47,175 bases of DNA from an uncultured Ruminococcus sp. GTDB lineage: Bacteria; Bacillota; Clostridia; Oscillospirales; CAG-272. Location: the NCBI GenBank assembly GCA_964483225.1, contig CAZABU010000003.1:1-47175 (forward strand), given 5' to 3'. Numbering within the stretch: position 1 is the stretch's first letter; every line of letters begins with the position of its first letter. Below are positions 1 through 7,924 of the stretch, one piece after another. The position numbers were made by a program, and so were the translations under genes. The notes under the pieces were generated by a model that saw only the letters and a program-made list of their open reading frames with translations, was not told the origin of the DNA and did not search any database.

Positions 1-535
1 CCTCGGGAACGGTAAAGGTATCGCCGTAGATCTGGTTGAAGCGCTGGGCGATATCGCGGGCAAGCTCCAGATGCTGCTTCTGGTCGATGCCTACGGGAAC
101 AAGGTCGGTCTGGTAGAGCAGGATATCCGCCGCCATCAGCGAGGGATAGGTGAACAGACCTGCGTTGATGTTCTGAGAGTGCTTCTGGCTCTTGTCCTTG
201 AACTGGGTCATTCTTGAAAGCTCGCCGAACATGGTGTAGCAGTCGAGTATCCAGCCAAGCTCCGCGTGGGCGGGAACGTGGGACTGAACGAACAGGGTGT
301 TCTTCGTGGGGTCAAGACCGCACGCCATATAGAGCGCCAGAGTTTCGTAGGTGCGGCGGCGCAGATCTGCGGGCACCTGTCTTACCGTGATTGCGTGGAG
401 GTCCACCACGCAGTAGAAGGTCTTGTAATCCTCAGAGAAGCGGGAGAAATTCTTGATAGCTCCGAGATAATTACCTATGGTGAGGTTTCCCGAGGGCTGA
501 ACTCCCGAGAAAACTATTTTCTTATCGTTTATCAT
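1..535 (-). CDS. trpS: Tryptophan--tRNA ligase, N-terminal ~178 aa (3' end runs off the window)
   Basis: My own minus-strand translation from the ATG at 535-533 gives [30 protein letters not shown]...[24 protein letters not shown]. It has the class-I aaRS HIGH-type element (TIGNYLG) and the TrpRS-typical VPVGxDQxQH block. An RBS AAAGGAAAG lies just upstream. It is absent from the ORF track because it is open at the window edge. Confidence 0.9.
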   Translation of the reverse strand, partial: MINDKKIVFSGVQPSGNLTIGNYLGAIKNFSRFSEDYKTFYCVVDLHAITVRQVPADLRRRTYETLALYMACGLDPTKNTLFVQSHVPAHAELGWILDCYTMFGELSRMTQFKDKSQKHSQNINAGLFTYPSLMAADILLYQTDLVPVGIDQKQHLELARDIAQRFNQIYGDTFTVPE

Positions 536-579
536 TTGTCTTTCCTTTCTGCGCCCGGCGCAGGCATATATAATACAGT

Positions 580-608
580 ATTATACAACCGTGAAGAGAT
601 TTTGTCAA
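580..608 (-). promoter_or_regulatory. Sigma-A type promoter for trpS (TTGACA-17-TATAAT)
   Basis: The minus strand reads TTGACA (608-603), a 17-nt spacer, then TATAAT (585-580). This leaves only a ~45-nt leader, which contains a 6-bp GC hairpin (CTGCGC/GCGCAG) before the RBS. Confidence 0.6.
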
Positions 609-616
609 GTAAATAT

Positions 617-1648
617 TTACAGCTCGGTGACGTCGTCGCGTCCGGGATAAAGCTGGGAGTATGCGCGCATTCCTCTCTCGTCCTCAACCGTAATGCGGAA
701 GAAGCGCTCGTTTGGGCGCACCTTAAAGGTGACCTCGGTGAGCAGCTCGCCCTCCTCGGCAAATTTCACGGCTGCCTGCCTGCCCTCGGTCTGCTTTGCG
801 ATACGCCTTGCGGGTGAGGTCTTGACGGTGATGCGGTTTTCCTCTCTGGTGATAGAGTATATTTCCGGCCCCGTGGAGGCATAGAAGCGGTGCTCGCGGA
901 GAGCCTGCATTATCTCGCCGTAGTCAAGACTGTCTGCGTTTATCATTATCCAACCGCCGAAGGAATCGCACTTCGTCCCCTCAAAGCCGTGGGCGTTGTG
1001 ATTGTCGTCGGCGGCGATGGCGGCAACGTGCTTGCCGTTCTTTATCATAACGTCGAAGATCTGCTCATAGCCGTCGAAGCCGTTTCTGTAGCAACCGGTG
1101 TTAAACACCTCGACGAAATCTATATTGCCGTAATTCAGATACTGCGCCTCGTATTCCAGCGACCAAACGGGGTGGTTGTAGCAAACGAGAAAGCCCTGCT
1201 CATGGGCGTAATCCACAACTCGGCTGATACCCTCGGGTGACCAGACGCGCATATCGGCTCTGCCGTCGTACTTTACGGTCGCTCTGACCTCCTCGGGCCC
1301 CTTCTTGTCGGCCTCGGCGGACATACAGAGGGTCGTATCGTTGTTCGGGTCCAGGGCGTAGAAATTCATATGCATCGTGTGCACCACCTGTCGGGTAAAG
1401 GAATCCCAGGGGATCTTAGGGTCGGTGATGTCAAGCTCATAGCCCGTGATGGCGAGGAAGTCACCGTCCGAAAGATGGGCGCAGCTCACGATATGGTCGT
1501 GGTCGGTATAGGCTACTATCGAGTAGCCCCGCTTCATATATTCTTCCTTTATCTTCTCAGGGGTGGCTCTGCCGTCGGAATTGGTGGAGTGGCAGTGCAT
1601 ATTCGCTTTGAAAAACCTTTTGTTTTCGTCAAGATAAATATTCATCAT
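617..1648 (-). CDS. PHP-domain metal-dependent phosphoesterase (paralog 1)
   Basis: 343 aa. The N-terminal block ANMHCHSTNSDGRATPEKIKEEYMKRGYSIVAYTDHD shows the HxH...D/H metal-ligand pattern of the PHP superfamily. Later ligand blocks are NHP and DDNHN. Confidence 0.75.
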   Translation of the reverse strand: MMNIYLDENKRFFKANMHCHSTNSDGRATPEKIKEEYMKRGYSIVAYTDHDHIVSCAHLSDGDFLAITGYELDITDPKIPWDSFTRQVVHTMHMNFYALDPNNDTTLCMSAEADKKGPEEVRATVKYDGRADMRVWSPEGISRVVDYAHEQGFLVCYNHPVWSLEYEAQYLNYGNIDFVEVFNTGCYRNGFDGYEQIFDVMIKNGKHVAAIAADDNHNAHGFEGTKCDSFGGWIMINADSLDYGEIMQALREHRFYASTGPEIYSITREENRITVKTSPARRIAKQTEGRQAAVKFAEEGELLTEVTFKVRPNERFFRITVEDERGMRAYSQLYPGRDDVTEL

Positions 1649-1700
1649 ATCTGCTCCAAAACAGTGAAAGTGTAAACTCTACTTGTCAAAAATGCAAGAT

Positions 1701-2744
1701 CTATGCCTTGGGAGCCGCATCGACGCGAGGAGTTTCTGCGGGCAGCTCGTATATCTGAGAGTACGCGCACTTGCCGTATTCGTCCTCAAGTCTTATGCGG
1801 AAGCGGAGAGCCGCGACCCTGAACTTGAAGCTCGCGGTGGTGATCGTTTCGCCCTCGGGCGCGTATGCTTGGCTCTGCTGTCTGCCCTGGGTGATGAGGA
1901 AGGCGCGCTTGATGGGGGAGCACTTGACCGTGAGCACACCCTCGTCGCTGAGAACGATGGAATGGATCTCGGGGCCTGTGGAGGCGTAGAAGTCGCCCTG
2001 CTCAAGAGCGGAGATAACGGTGGGGTAGTCGAGTTTCGGGGCATCGAGGACTATCCAGCCGCCGAAGGAGTCGGTACGGGGGCCGGAAAATTCGTAAATA
2101 TTGTGGTTATCGTCGTCTGCCACGGGCATGATCTTCTTTCCTGCCTTCATCATCTCGTTGTAGGCGTTGTCACTCTCGCGGAAGCCGGCGACGTCGCAGC
2201 CGGTGTTGTGTACCTCGATAAAATCAAAACCCTCGTAGCCGAGATAGTCCTCCGCAGTCTGCAAAGACCAGACGGGGTGATTGAGCGAAACGAGGTAACC
2301 GAGCTCATGGGCTCTCGCTACCATCTCGTTTATACGCTCATGGGTGTAACGGCGCTCAAATTCCTCGCCGGGCTTGACGAAGGGGCGCATATCCTCGAAT
2401 TTCGGATGATAGTAATTGTCGTTGTAGAAGGGGGTTACCGTGTTGCTCTGATCCTTCGCGAAGAAGTTGATATGGGCAACCCTGCCGGAGGGGGCGGGGC
2501 TGTCGGTGTCGACCTTCGGTCCGCCAATACTCAACTCGCAGGCGTTGATAGCCACGAAATTCTCGTCGCAGAGGTCGGAGCAGTCGATAAGCACCTCGTG
2601 GTCGGTGTATGCGACTACGGAGTAGCCCTTCTTCAGGTATTCTTCCTTGATTCTCTCGGGGGTCGCTCTGCCGTCGGAGCGTCTGGTGTGACAGTGCAGA
2701 TTTGCCTTGTATCTGTTGTCGTACTTTCCGTATAAAATCTTCAT
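1701..2744 (-). CDS. PHP-domain metal-dependent phosphoesterase (paralog 2)
   Basis: 347 aa and collinear with the downstream paralog (ANLHCHTRRSDGRATPERIKEEYLKKGYSVVAYTDHE, LNHPVWSL, DDDNHN, FYASTGPEI). An RBS GAGAGGT lies 7 nt upstream of the ATG. Confidence 0.75.
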   Translation of the reverse strand: MKILYGKYDNRYKANLHCHTRRSDGRATPERIKEEYLKKGYSVVAYTDHEVLIDCSDLCDENFVAINACELSIGGPKVDTDSPAPSGRVAHINFFAKDQSNTVTPFYNDNYYHPKFEDMRPFVKPGEEFERRYTHERINEMVARAHELGYLVSLNHPVWSLQTAEDYLGYEGFDFIEVHNTGCDVAGFRESDNAYNEMMKAGKKIMPVADDDNHNIYEFSGPRTDSFGGWIVLDAPKLDYPTVISALEQGDFYASTGPEIHSIVLSDEGVLTVKCSPIKRAFLITQGRQQSQAYAPEGETITTASFKFRVAALRFRIRLEDEYGKCAYSQIYELPAETPRVDAAPKA

Positions 2745-2773
2745 GATCCGTACCTCTCAGCCTGTTTTTTTAT

Positions 2774-2802
2774 ATTATACCACTCTTTTTTTTGAAAAGC
2801 AA
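2774..2802 (-). promoter_or_regulatory. Sigma-A promoter for the PHP-PHP(-trpS) unit (TTGCTT-17-TGgTATAAT)
   Basis: The minus strand reads TTGCTT (2802-2797), a 17-nt A-rich spacer, then TATAAT (2779-2774), preceded by a TGg extended -10 element. Confidence 0.55.
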
Positions 2803-2909
2803 TACGCCGACGGATTTTCCGTTAACTGTTTTTTCGCCGTTTTTTAACGGTTTGTCCGTAAATATATTTGTATTTTATATATTTTGTTCATAATTTGTCT
2901 ATATTTATA

Positions 2910-2918
2910 TGCTATAAT
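2910..2918 (+). promoter_or_regulatory. Extended -10 element (TGcTATAAT) upstream of the ABC operon
   Basis: TGCTATAAT sits at 2910-2918, about 110 nt upstream of the ATG at 3030. There is no good -35, but the TGn extension can compensate for that. Confidence 0.4.
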
Positions 2919-3029
2919 CATTGAGTATGATTGTCGGCCTGTCCGGAATTTCGCGTTTTGGGCGGTCGAGCTTTTTATGCTAAAAATATTTTCTTATTTG
3001 CGAGAAAGTGCGCAAAGGAAGGGCGAAAA

Positions 3030-4001
3030 ATGGTAAAGGCTGAAAATATAGTCAAAAGATACGGCTCAAACTACGCATTGAACGGCGTCAGCTTTGAGAT
3101 AGGGGAGGGCGAGATCGTCGGTCTGCTGGGCCCCAACGGCGCGGGAAAGAGTACGGCGATGAATATTCTTACGGGATATCTGTCTGCCACCTCCGGCGCG
3201 GCATACATAAACGGAATAAACATTCTTGACGATCCCATCGGTGCCAAGAAGTGCATAGGCTTCCTCCCCGAGCAGCCGCCCGTGTACCCCGAGATGACCG
3301 TCAGAGAGTATCTCGATTTCGTATACGAGCTCAAGGGCTGTGAGCTGGAGCGCGAGGCTCATCTTGCGGAGATCCTTTCGGTGGTAAAGCTCACCGACGT
3401 CAAGGACAGGCTTATCCGTAACCTCTCCAAGGGATATAAGCAGAGAGTGGGTATTGCTCAGGCTCTGGTGGGCGACCCCAAGGTCGTTATCTTCGACGAG
3501 CCTACGGTAGGCCTTGACCCCAAGCAGATCCTTGAGGTCAGAAATCTTATCAGAAATCTCGGCCGCCGTCACACCGTTATCCTCTCCACCCACATTCTTG
3601 CCGAGGTGCAGGCGGTCTGTGAGAGGATCATTATAATCAACAAGGGACATATAATCGCCGACGAGCGCACCGAGGATATGGTAAAGACCATTGAGGACGG
3701 TTATTTCTATGAGGTAAAGCTCTGCGCTCCCCAGCGTGACGCTCTCGCTGCCATCAAGAAGCTCCCCGGCGTTAAGGACGTCGAGGCCACCGGCGCAAGA
3801 GAGGGCGATGCCTTCGTGCTCAATATCGAGTCTGCCCCCGGGGTGGACGTGAGAAAGAGCCTCTTCCGCCTTTGCGCAGAGAAAAATTGGCCCATCGTCG
3901 GCCTGATGCCCGTGGGCACCGACCTTGAGTCCGTGTTCATCAGACTCGTGGATCGCTCCGAGAGCGGCGCGTCCCGGAACTTTTCAACCAAGTCCGTATA
4001 A
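3030..4001 (+). CDS. ABC transporter ATP-binding protein (ABC-2 / GldA-like subtype)
   Basis: Walker A GPNGAGKST, signature LSKGYKQRV, Walker B VVIFDEPTVGLD and an H-loop STH are present. I moved the start to the ATG at 3030 (MVKAENIVKRYG) because it lies behind an AAAGGAAGGG RBS. The track start at 2931 adds a non-homologous extension. Confidence 0.9.
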   Translation: MVKAENIVKRYGSNYALNGVSFEIGEGEIVGLLGPNGAGKSTAMNILTGYLSATSGAAYINGINILDDPIGAKKCIGFLPEQPPVYPEMTVREYLDFVYELKGCELEREAHLAEILSVVKLTDVKDRLIRNLSKGYKQRVGIAQALVGDPKVVIFDEPTVGLDPKQILEVRNLIRNLGRRHTVILSTHILAEVQAVCERIIIINKGHIIADERTEDMVKTIEDGYFYEVKLCAPQRDALAAIKKLPGVKDVEATGAREGDAFVLNIESAPGVDVRKSLFRLCAEKNWPIVGLMPVGTDLESVFIRLVDRSESGASRNFSTKSV

Positions 4002-4017
4002 GTGAAGGAGAAAAGAT

Positions 4018-4725
4018 ATGTTAGCTATTTATAAAAGAGAAATGCGCTCCTATTTCACGGGAGTGATAGGCTATGCCTTCCTCGTTATATTCCTTGCGGT
4101 TGCCGCCGCGCTCTTCAGCTATACCACGCTGTTTTCGATGAGCGCCGACGTGACCTCCTATTTCGCCTTTATGCTTCTTTTCTCCGCGATAATCCTTCCC
4201 ATCCTTACGATGAAGTCCTTCAGCGAAGAAAGAAAGGCAAAGACCGAGCAGCTGATACTCACCGCTCCCGTGTCCATTCCCGCAATGGTTATCGGAAAGT
4301 TCCTCGCGGCATATACGATGTTTGCGGGCGCTATGGTGTTCACCTCCCTCTATTTCCTTATCCTTATCCCCTACGCCGAGCTTCAGGTCGCGACCCTGCT
4401 CGGTAACGTGATCGCCCTTCTCCTTGTTGGAATGGTGTTCATCGCCATAGGTCTTTTCGTTTCCTCTCTCACCGAGAACCAGCTCTCCGCCGCCGTCGGC
4501 ACTATCGCCATCATTCTCGGCTTCCTTGCGGTGGGCATCATCTCGGCTCTCCTTCCCACCACCTTCTGGCTGCGCTACGTATTTGACGCCCTGTCCATCT
4601 ACACTCGCTTCCAGACCTTCACCAACGGTTATTTTGACCTCGCCTCCTTCGTTTATTATCTGTCCGTGTCTGCGGTGTTCATCTACTTCACGATGAGGAT
4701 CTACGACCGCCGCCGCTACAATTGA
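4018..4725 (+). CDS. ABC-2 family permease (GldF-like), about 6 TM segments
   Basis: 235 aa, highly hydrophobic, starting 16 nt after the ATPase stop with a GAAGGAG RBS. The size and topology fit ABC-2 permeases. Confidence 0.8.
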   Translation: MLAIYKREMRSYFTGVIGYAFLVIFLAVAAALFSYTTLFSMSADVTSYFAFMLLFSAIILPILTMKSFSEERKAKTEQLILTAPVSIPAMVIGKFLAAYTMFAGAMVFTSLYFLILIPYAELQVATLLGNVIALLLVGMVFIAIGLFVSSLTENQLSAAVGTIAIILGFLAVGIISALLPTTFWLRYVFDALSIYTRFQTFTNGYFDLASFVYYLSVSAVFIYFTMRIYDRRRYN

Positions 4726-4743
4726 TCACGGAAGGTGGTACAG

Positions 4744-6252
4744 ATGAATAATTTCAAGCAAAAGCTTTCGTCACTGATGCAAAGCCGTAACTTCTTCTCG
4801 GCTCTGCTGGTGATAATAGTGATAGCCGCGGTGGTGTTCCTGAACGTCATCGTTTATGCGCTGGACGCCTATTTCGGGCTCTATATCTATAACGAGCCTG
4901 AGGACGACCTGTCCATAAGCGATGCCTCGGACGTCCTCTTTGCCGATGCAATTGCCGCGGAGAAGAAGGTCACCGTCACCTTCTGTATGCCGGAAACGGA
5001 TATCAAGAACCATTCCACCGGCTCTTACGTTTACAGGACTGCAAAGGCCTTTGCCGAAAGGTATGAGGGCTTTATCGAGCTCCGCTATATCAACGTGCTG
5101 ACCAGGCTCGACGCAGAGGGTAAATTCTTTGATACCTCCCGCTATGAGAAGGATATGCGAGGCAATGAAAACGTGATAGACAAGACCTCGGTCATCTTTG
5201 AGTGCGAGGGGAATTATCGCGTGCTCACGGATATGTATTCCGGCAAGGGCTTCGTTGATTTCTATACTCTCGACGAGGAGATGTATATTACCTCCTATAA
5301 TGGCGAGGAGGTCTTCGCCTCTATGGTTGGTTGGGTGCTCACAAGCGAGCACGGGACGGCCTATTTCACCGTAGGTCACAGCGAAACTCCCAACATTTCA
5401 CTTTACAACGTGCTCGCCTGCGCGGGCTATTACGTTGACACCGTAAACCTCCGTAAGGAGGAGCTCCCCGACGATGCGGCGCTGGTGGTGGTGTGCAACC
5501 CTCTTACCGATTTTGAGCGCGCGGCGGAGGGCTCGTCCCTGAGGACGGAGATAGAGCGTCTTACCTCCTATGCGGAGCGCGGCGGCGCTATGCTCGTTAC
5601 CCTCGACCCCTTGGCAAAGCGGCTTGTGGTATTCGAGAAGTTCCTTGCCGATTTCGGCATTGAGGTCATGCGCACCGAGGACGGCGAGAGCGCCATCGTC
5701 AAGGATTCCGACAACGGTATAACCACCGACGGCTTCACTCTCGTCTGCGACTATGCCGAGGGTGATATCCCCTCCGCTATGAGCGAAAGGATCGCCGATG
5801 CCGACGGCAGTATAATAGTACGCACCGTGGCGGCCCTAAAGCTCTCCGGACAGGCTCAGCCTCTGCTTCGCTCCTCCGCCTCTGCCGTTTGTCAGGCGGG
5901 CGGCGCTACCGTTGACTCCGAGGGTGCCTACGCCGTGGCGGCCTATTCCGAGGTGGAAAACAAGGACGGCTCGTCGGCGAAGCTGGTGGTCGTTCCCAGC
6001 GTTTACCTTACCGCCACCGATGCCATCGTAACCAACGGATATTCTAACAAGGACTTCCTGTATTCTCTCTTTGACGTGTTCTACGGACACGGCCGTATGC
6101 CTTACGGCTGTCGTAGCGTGGTCTACGATAATGACGTACTCGAAAATCTCACGATGGGAGAGGCAAGGCTCTATACAGCCCTGCTTATCGCTATACCGGT
6201 GATAATTGCCGGTGTGGGCGTGTTCATTACCGTCAGAAGGAAGAACAGGTAA
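4744..6252 (+). CDS. GldG-like ABC transporter auxiliary protein (paralog 1)
   Basis: It has an N-terminal TM (FFSALLVIIVIAAVVFLNVIVYAL), a large external domain and a C-terminal TM plus basic tail (LLIAIPVIIAGVGVFITVRRKNR). That is the bitopic-at-both-ends topology typical of the GldG/ABC_transp_aux family, and it sits directly behind an ABC-2 pair. I chose the ATG at 4744, behind the RBS GAAGGTGG. Confidence 0.6.
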   Translation: MNNFKQKLSSLMQSRNFFSALLVIIVIAAVVFLNVIVYALDAYFGLYIYNEPEDDLSISDASDVLFADAIAAEKKVTVTFCMPETDIKNHSTGSYVYRTAKAFAERYEGFIELRYINVLTRLDAEGKFFDTSRYEKDMRGNENVIDKTSVIFECEGNYRVLTDMYSGKGFVDFYTLDEEMYITSYNGEEVFASMVGWVLTSEHGTAYFTVGHSETPNISLYNVLACAGYYVDTVNLRKEELPDDAALVVVCNPLTDFERAAEGSSLRTEIERLTSYAERGGAMLVTLDPLAKRLVVFEKFLADFGIEVMRTEDGESAIVKDSDNGITTDGFTLVCDYAEGDIPSAMSERIADADGSIIVRTVAALKLSGQAQPLLRSSASAVCQAGGATVDSEGAYAVAAYSEVENKDGSSAKLVVVPSVYLTATDAIVTNGYSNKDFLYSLFDVFYGHGRMPYGCRSVVYDNDVLENLTMGEARLYTALLIAIPVIIAGVGVFITVRRKNR

Positions 6253-6259
6253 TTTGCAA

Positions 6260-7912
6260 ATGAAGATAAATTCAAAATGGAAAATAACGAGGACGAGAGC
6301 CATAGCGCTGATCAGCGCGGGTGCCGTGATTCTGCTCTTGCTGCTGAATCTTTTGTTCACCTACCTCGGTCTGCGCCACTCTCTGTATCTCGATACGACC
6401 TCCGAGGGGCTGTATACCCTTTCGGAAACGATGAAGAAGGAATGCTCCTTCATCGATAAGCTGGATGATGACGAGCGGATGGTGGAGATTACCTTCTGCA
6501 CCGACCCCGACATCCTCGTCAAGTCCGAAATCACCCGAGTCACCTACTTTATGGCTCTGAAGATGCAGGACTGCTTTGATAATCTCAAGGTGTCCTACGC
6601 CAACGTGGAGCTGAACCCCACGGCCGTATCCAAGTATAAGCCCACCTCTCTTTCCGAGATCGCCCCGGATGATATAATAATCTCCTACGGCGACAGGTAC
6701 AGAGTCGTGAACGCGAAGAACTTCTGGATCACCTCCGAGGACGAGCTTTATTCCTACAACGGCGAGTATAAGATGGCCTCCATCATTATGTCCGTCGCTT
6801 CGGTAAACCGTCCCGCGGCTTACTTCGTTACCGATCTTGGCGAGTCCTATTTCGACCCCGCGGATCCCGAGAGGGAGGAGGGGCTTGAGCTCTCCTATCT
6901 TTACGACCTGCTCACCGAGCGCGGTCTTGAGGTAAAGACCCTGGAGCTCGCCTCCGTGGAGAGGGTTCCCGAGGACTGCGTGCTCCTCATCATAAACGAT
7001 CCCGAGCGCGATTTCACCGTTGATGAGAGCAGGCTCGGCGAGTATAACTACGTTACCGATACCGAGAAGCTTGACCGTTATCTTATCTCGGCTCACGGCT
7101 CTATTATGGTTGCCCGTGACCATAAGGGTATAGCTCTTCCCAACCTCGACAGCTTTCTCTATGAGTGGGGCTTTGATTTCAGCACCGCCGAGGTGAGGGA
7201 CGAGGAAAACTATATGGGCGATTCCCACTCCGTTCTGGTGGGTGAATACAACACCGACGACGAGAGCTACGGCTACGGAATTTACGGAGATTTCTCCGCG
7301 CTGACCTCCGCGCCCCCTATGGTGTTTGCCAATACCGGCTACGTTGGCTGCTCCTTTGACGGAGCGACCTCCGCTCCCGAGGCCGGTACCTACGCCGCGT
7401 CGAGAAACTACGCTCCTCTGATATCCACCTACGCTACGGCGAGAGCCTATGAGAAAAACCCCGACACAGACACCTACGTTGATCTGATGGCGGAGGGCAA
7501 GCTTGACCTTGCCGCGGTCAGCACGAGGATCGAGCTGGATTCCTATACCGGCGAGGAGAAATTCTCCTACCTGTTCTGCACCGGAAGTGCAGATTTCTTC
7601 GGCGCGGACCTTCTCGGCAACGCCTCTTACGCTAACTATGAGGTGGTGTCCTCCCTTGTGGAGAATATCGCCCGTACCGACGAGTTTGCCTCCATTGAGC
7701 TTGGCGGCACGTCATATAACTCACCCAGCATGGGCGGTAAGCCTCTTGCCGACCTGGCGATGTACAGCACCGATACCACCAAGAACAGCGGCGTATTCGT
7801 GAACGGTCTTTCCACCGGCGAGACCGTAGGAATCACCGTTGTGCTGATGATCATTCCCGTGGCAGTAGCCATCGTCGGACTTGCCGTCTGCATAAGACGC
7901 AAATTCCTGTAA
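6260..7912 (+). CDS. GldG-like ABC transporter auxiliary protein (paralog 2)
   Basis: The topology matches paralog 1 (N-terminal TM AIALISAGAVILLLLLNLLF, C-terminal TM VVLMIIPVAVAIVGLAVCIRRKFL). I moved the start to the ATG at 6260 (MKINSKW), 8 nt after the previous stop. Confidence 0.6.
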   Translation: MKINSKWKITRTRAIALISAGAVILLLLLNLLFTYLGLRHSLYLDTTSEGLYTLSETMKKECSFIDKLDDDERMVEITFCTDPDILVKSEITRVTYFMALKMQDCFDNLKVSYANVELNPTAVSKYKPTSLSEIAPDDIIISYGDRYRVVNAKNFWITSEDELYSYNGEYKMASIIMSVASVNRPAAYFVTDLGESYFDPADPEREEGLELSYLYDLLTERGLEVKTLELASVERVPEDCVLLIINDPERDFTVDESRLGEYNYVTDTEKLDRYLISAHGSIMVARDHKGIALPNLDSFLYEWGFDFSTAEVRDEENYMGDSHSVLVGEYNTDDESYGYGIYGDFSALTSAPPMVFANTGYVGCSFDGATSAPEAGTYAASRNYAPLISTYATARAYEKNPDTDTYVDLMAEGKLDLAAVSTRIELDSYTGEEKFSYLFCTGSADFFGADLLGNASYANYEVVSSLVENIARTDEFASIELGGTSYNSPSMGGKPLADLAMYSTDTTKNSGVFVNGLSTGETVGITVVLMIIPVAVAIVGLAVCIRRKFL

Positions 7913-7924
7913 GGAGGTGCAGAA

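Noticed and set aside
1683-2735. A 350-aa + strand ORF lies opposite the second PHP gene. Similar ORFs occur at 266-817 and 890-1240.
   Set aside because: It is a shadow ORF typical of GC-rich third positions. The product is a low-complexity G/A/V/L-rich sequence with no motifs, whereas the minus strand encodes a clear PHP protein with an RBS.
2931-3029. The ORF track gives upstream-extended starts here and likewise at 4735, 6206, 10981, 13898, 20434, 20560, 22755, 32557, 39012, 41317, 42220 and 45014.
   Set aside because: In each case an internal ATG sits 5-9 nt behind a GGAGG-like RBS, and it begins the conserved part of the protein or the signal peptide. The extensions are non-homologous and often overlap the upstream gene.
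2745-3029. I looked for a riboswitch or T-box in the 285-nt AT-rich divergent region, which includes the inverted repeat CCGTTAA-N18-TTAACGG at 2819-2850.
   Set aside because: I could find no specifier-loop / T-box sequence (AGAGA...GGUGGUA-type) or other recognisable riboswitch core. The region is adequately explained by two divergent promoters. The inverted repeat could be an operator, but nothing supports that.
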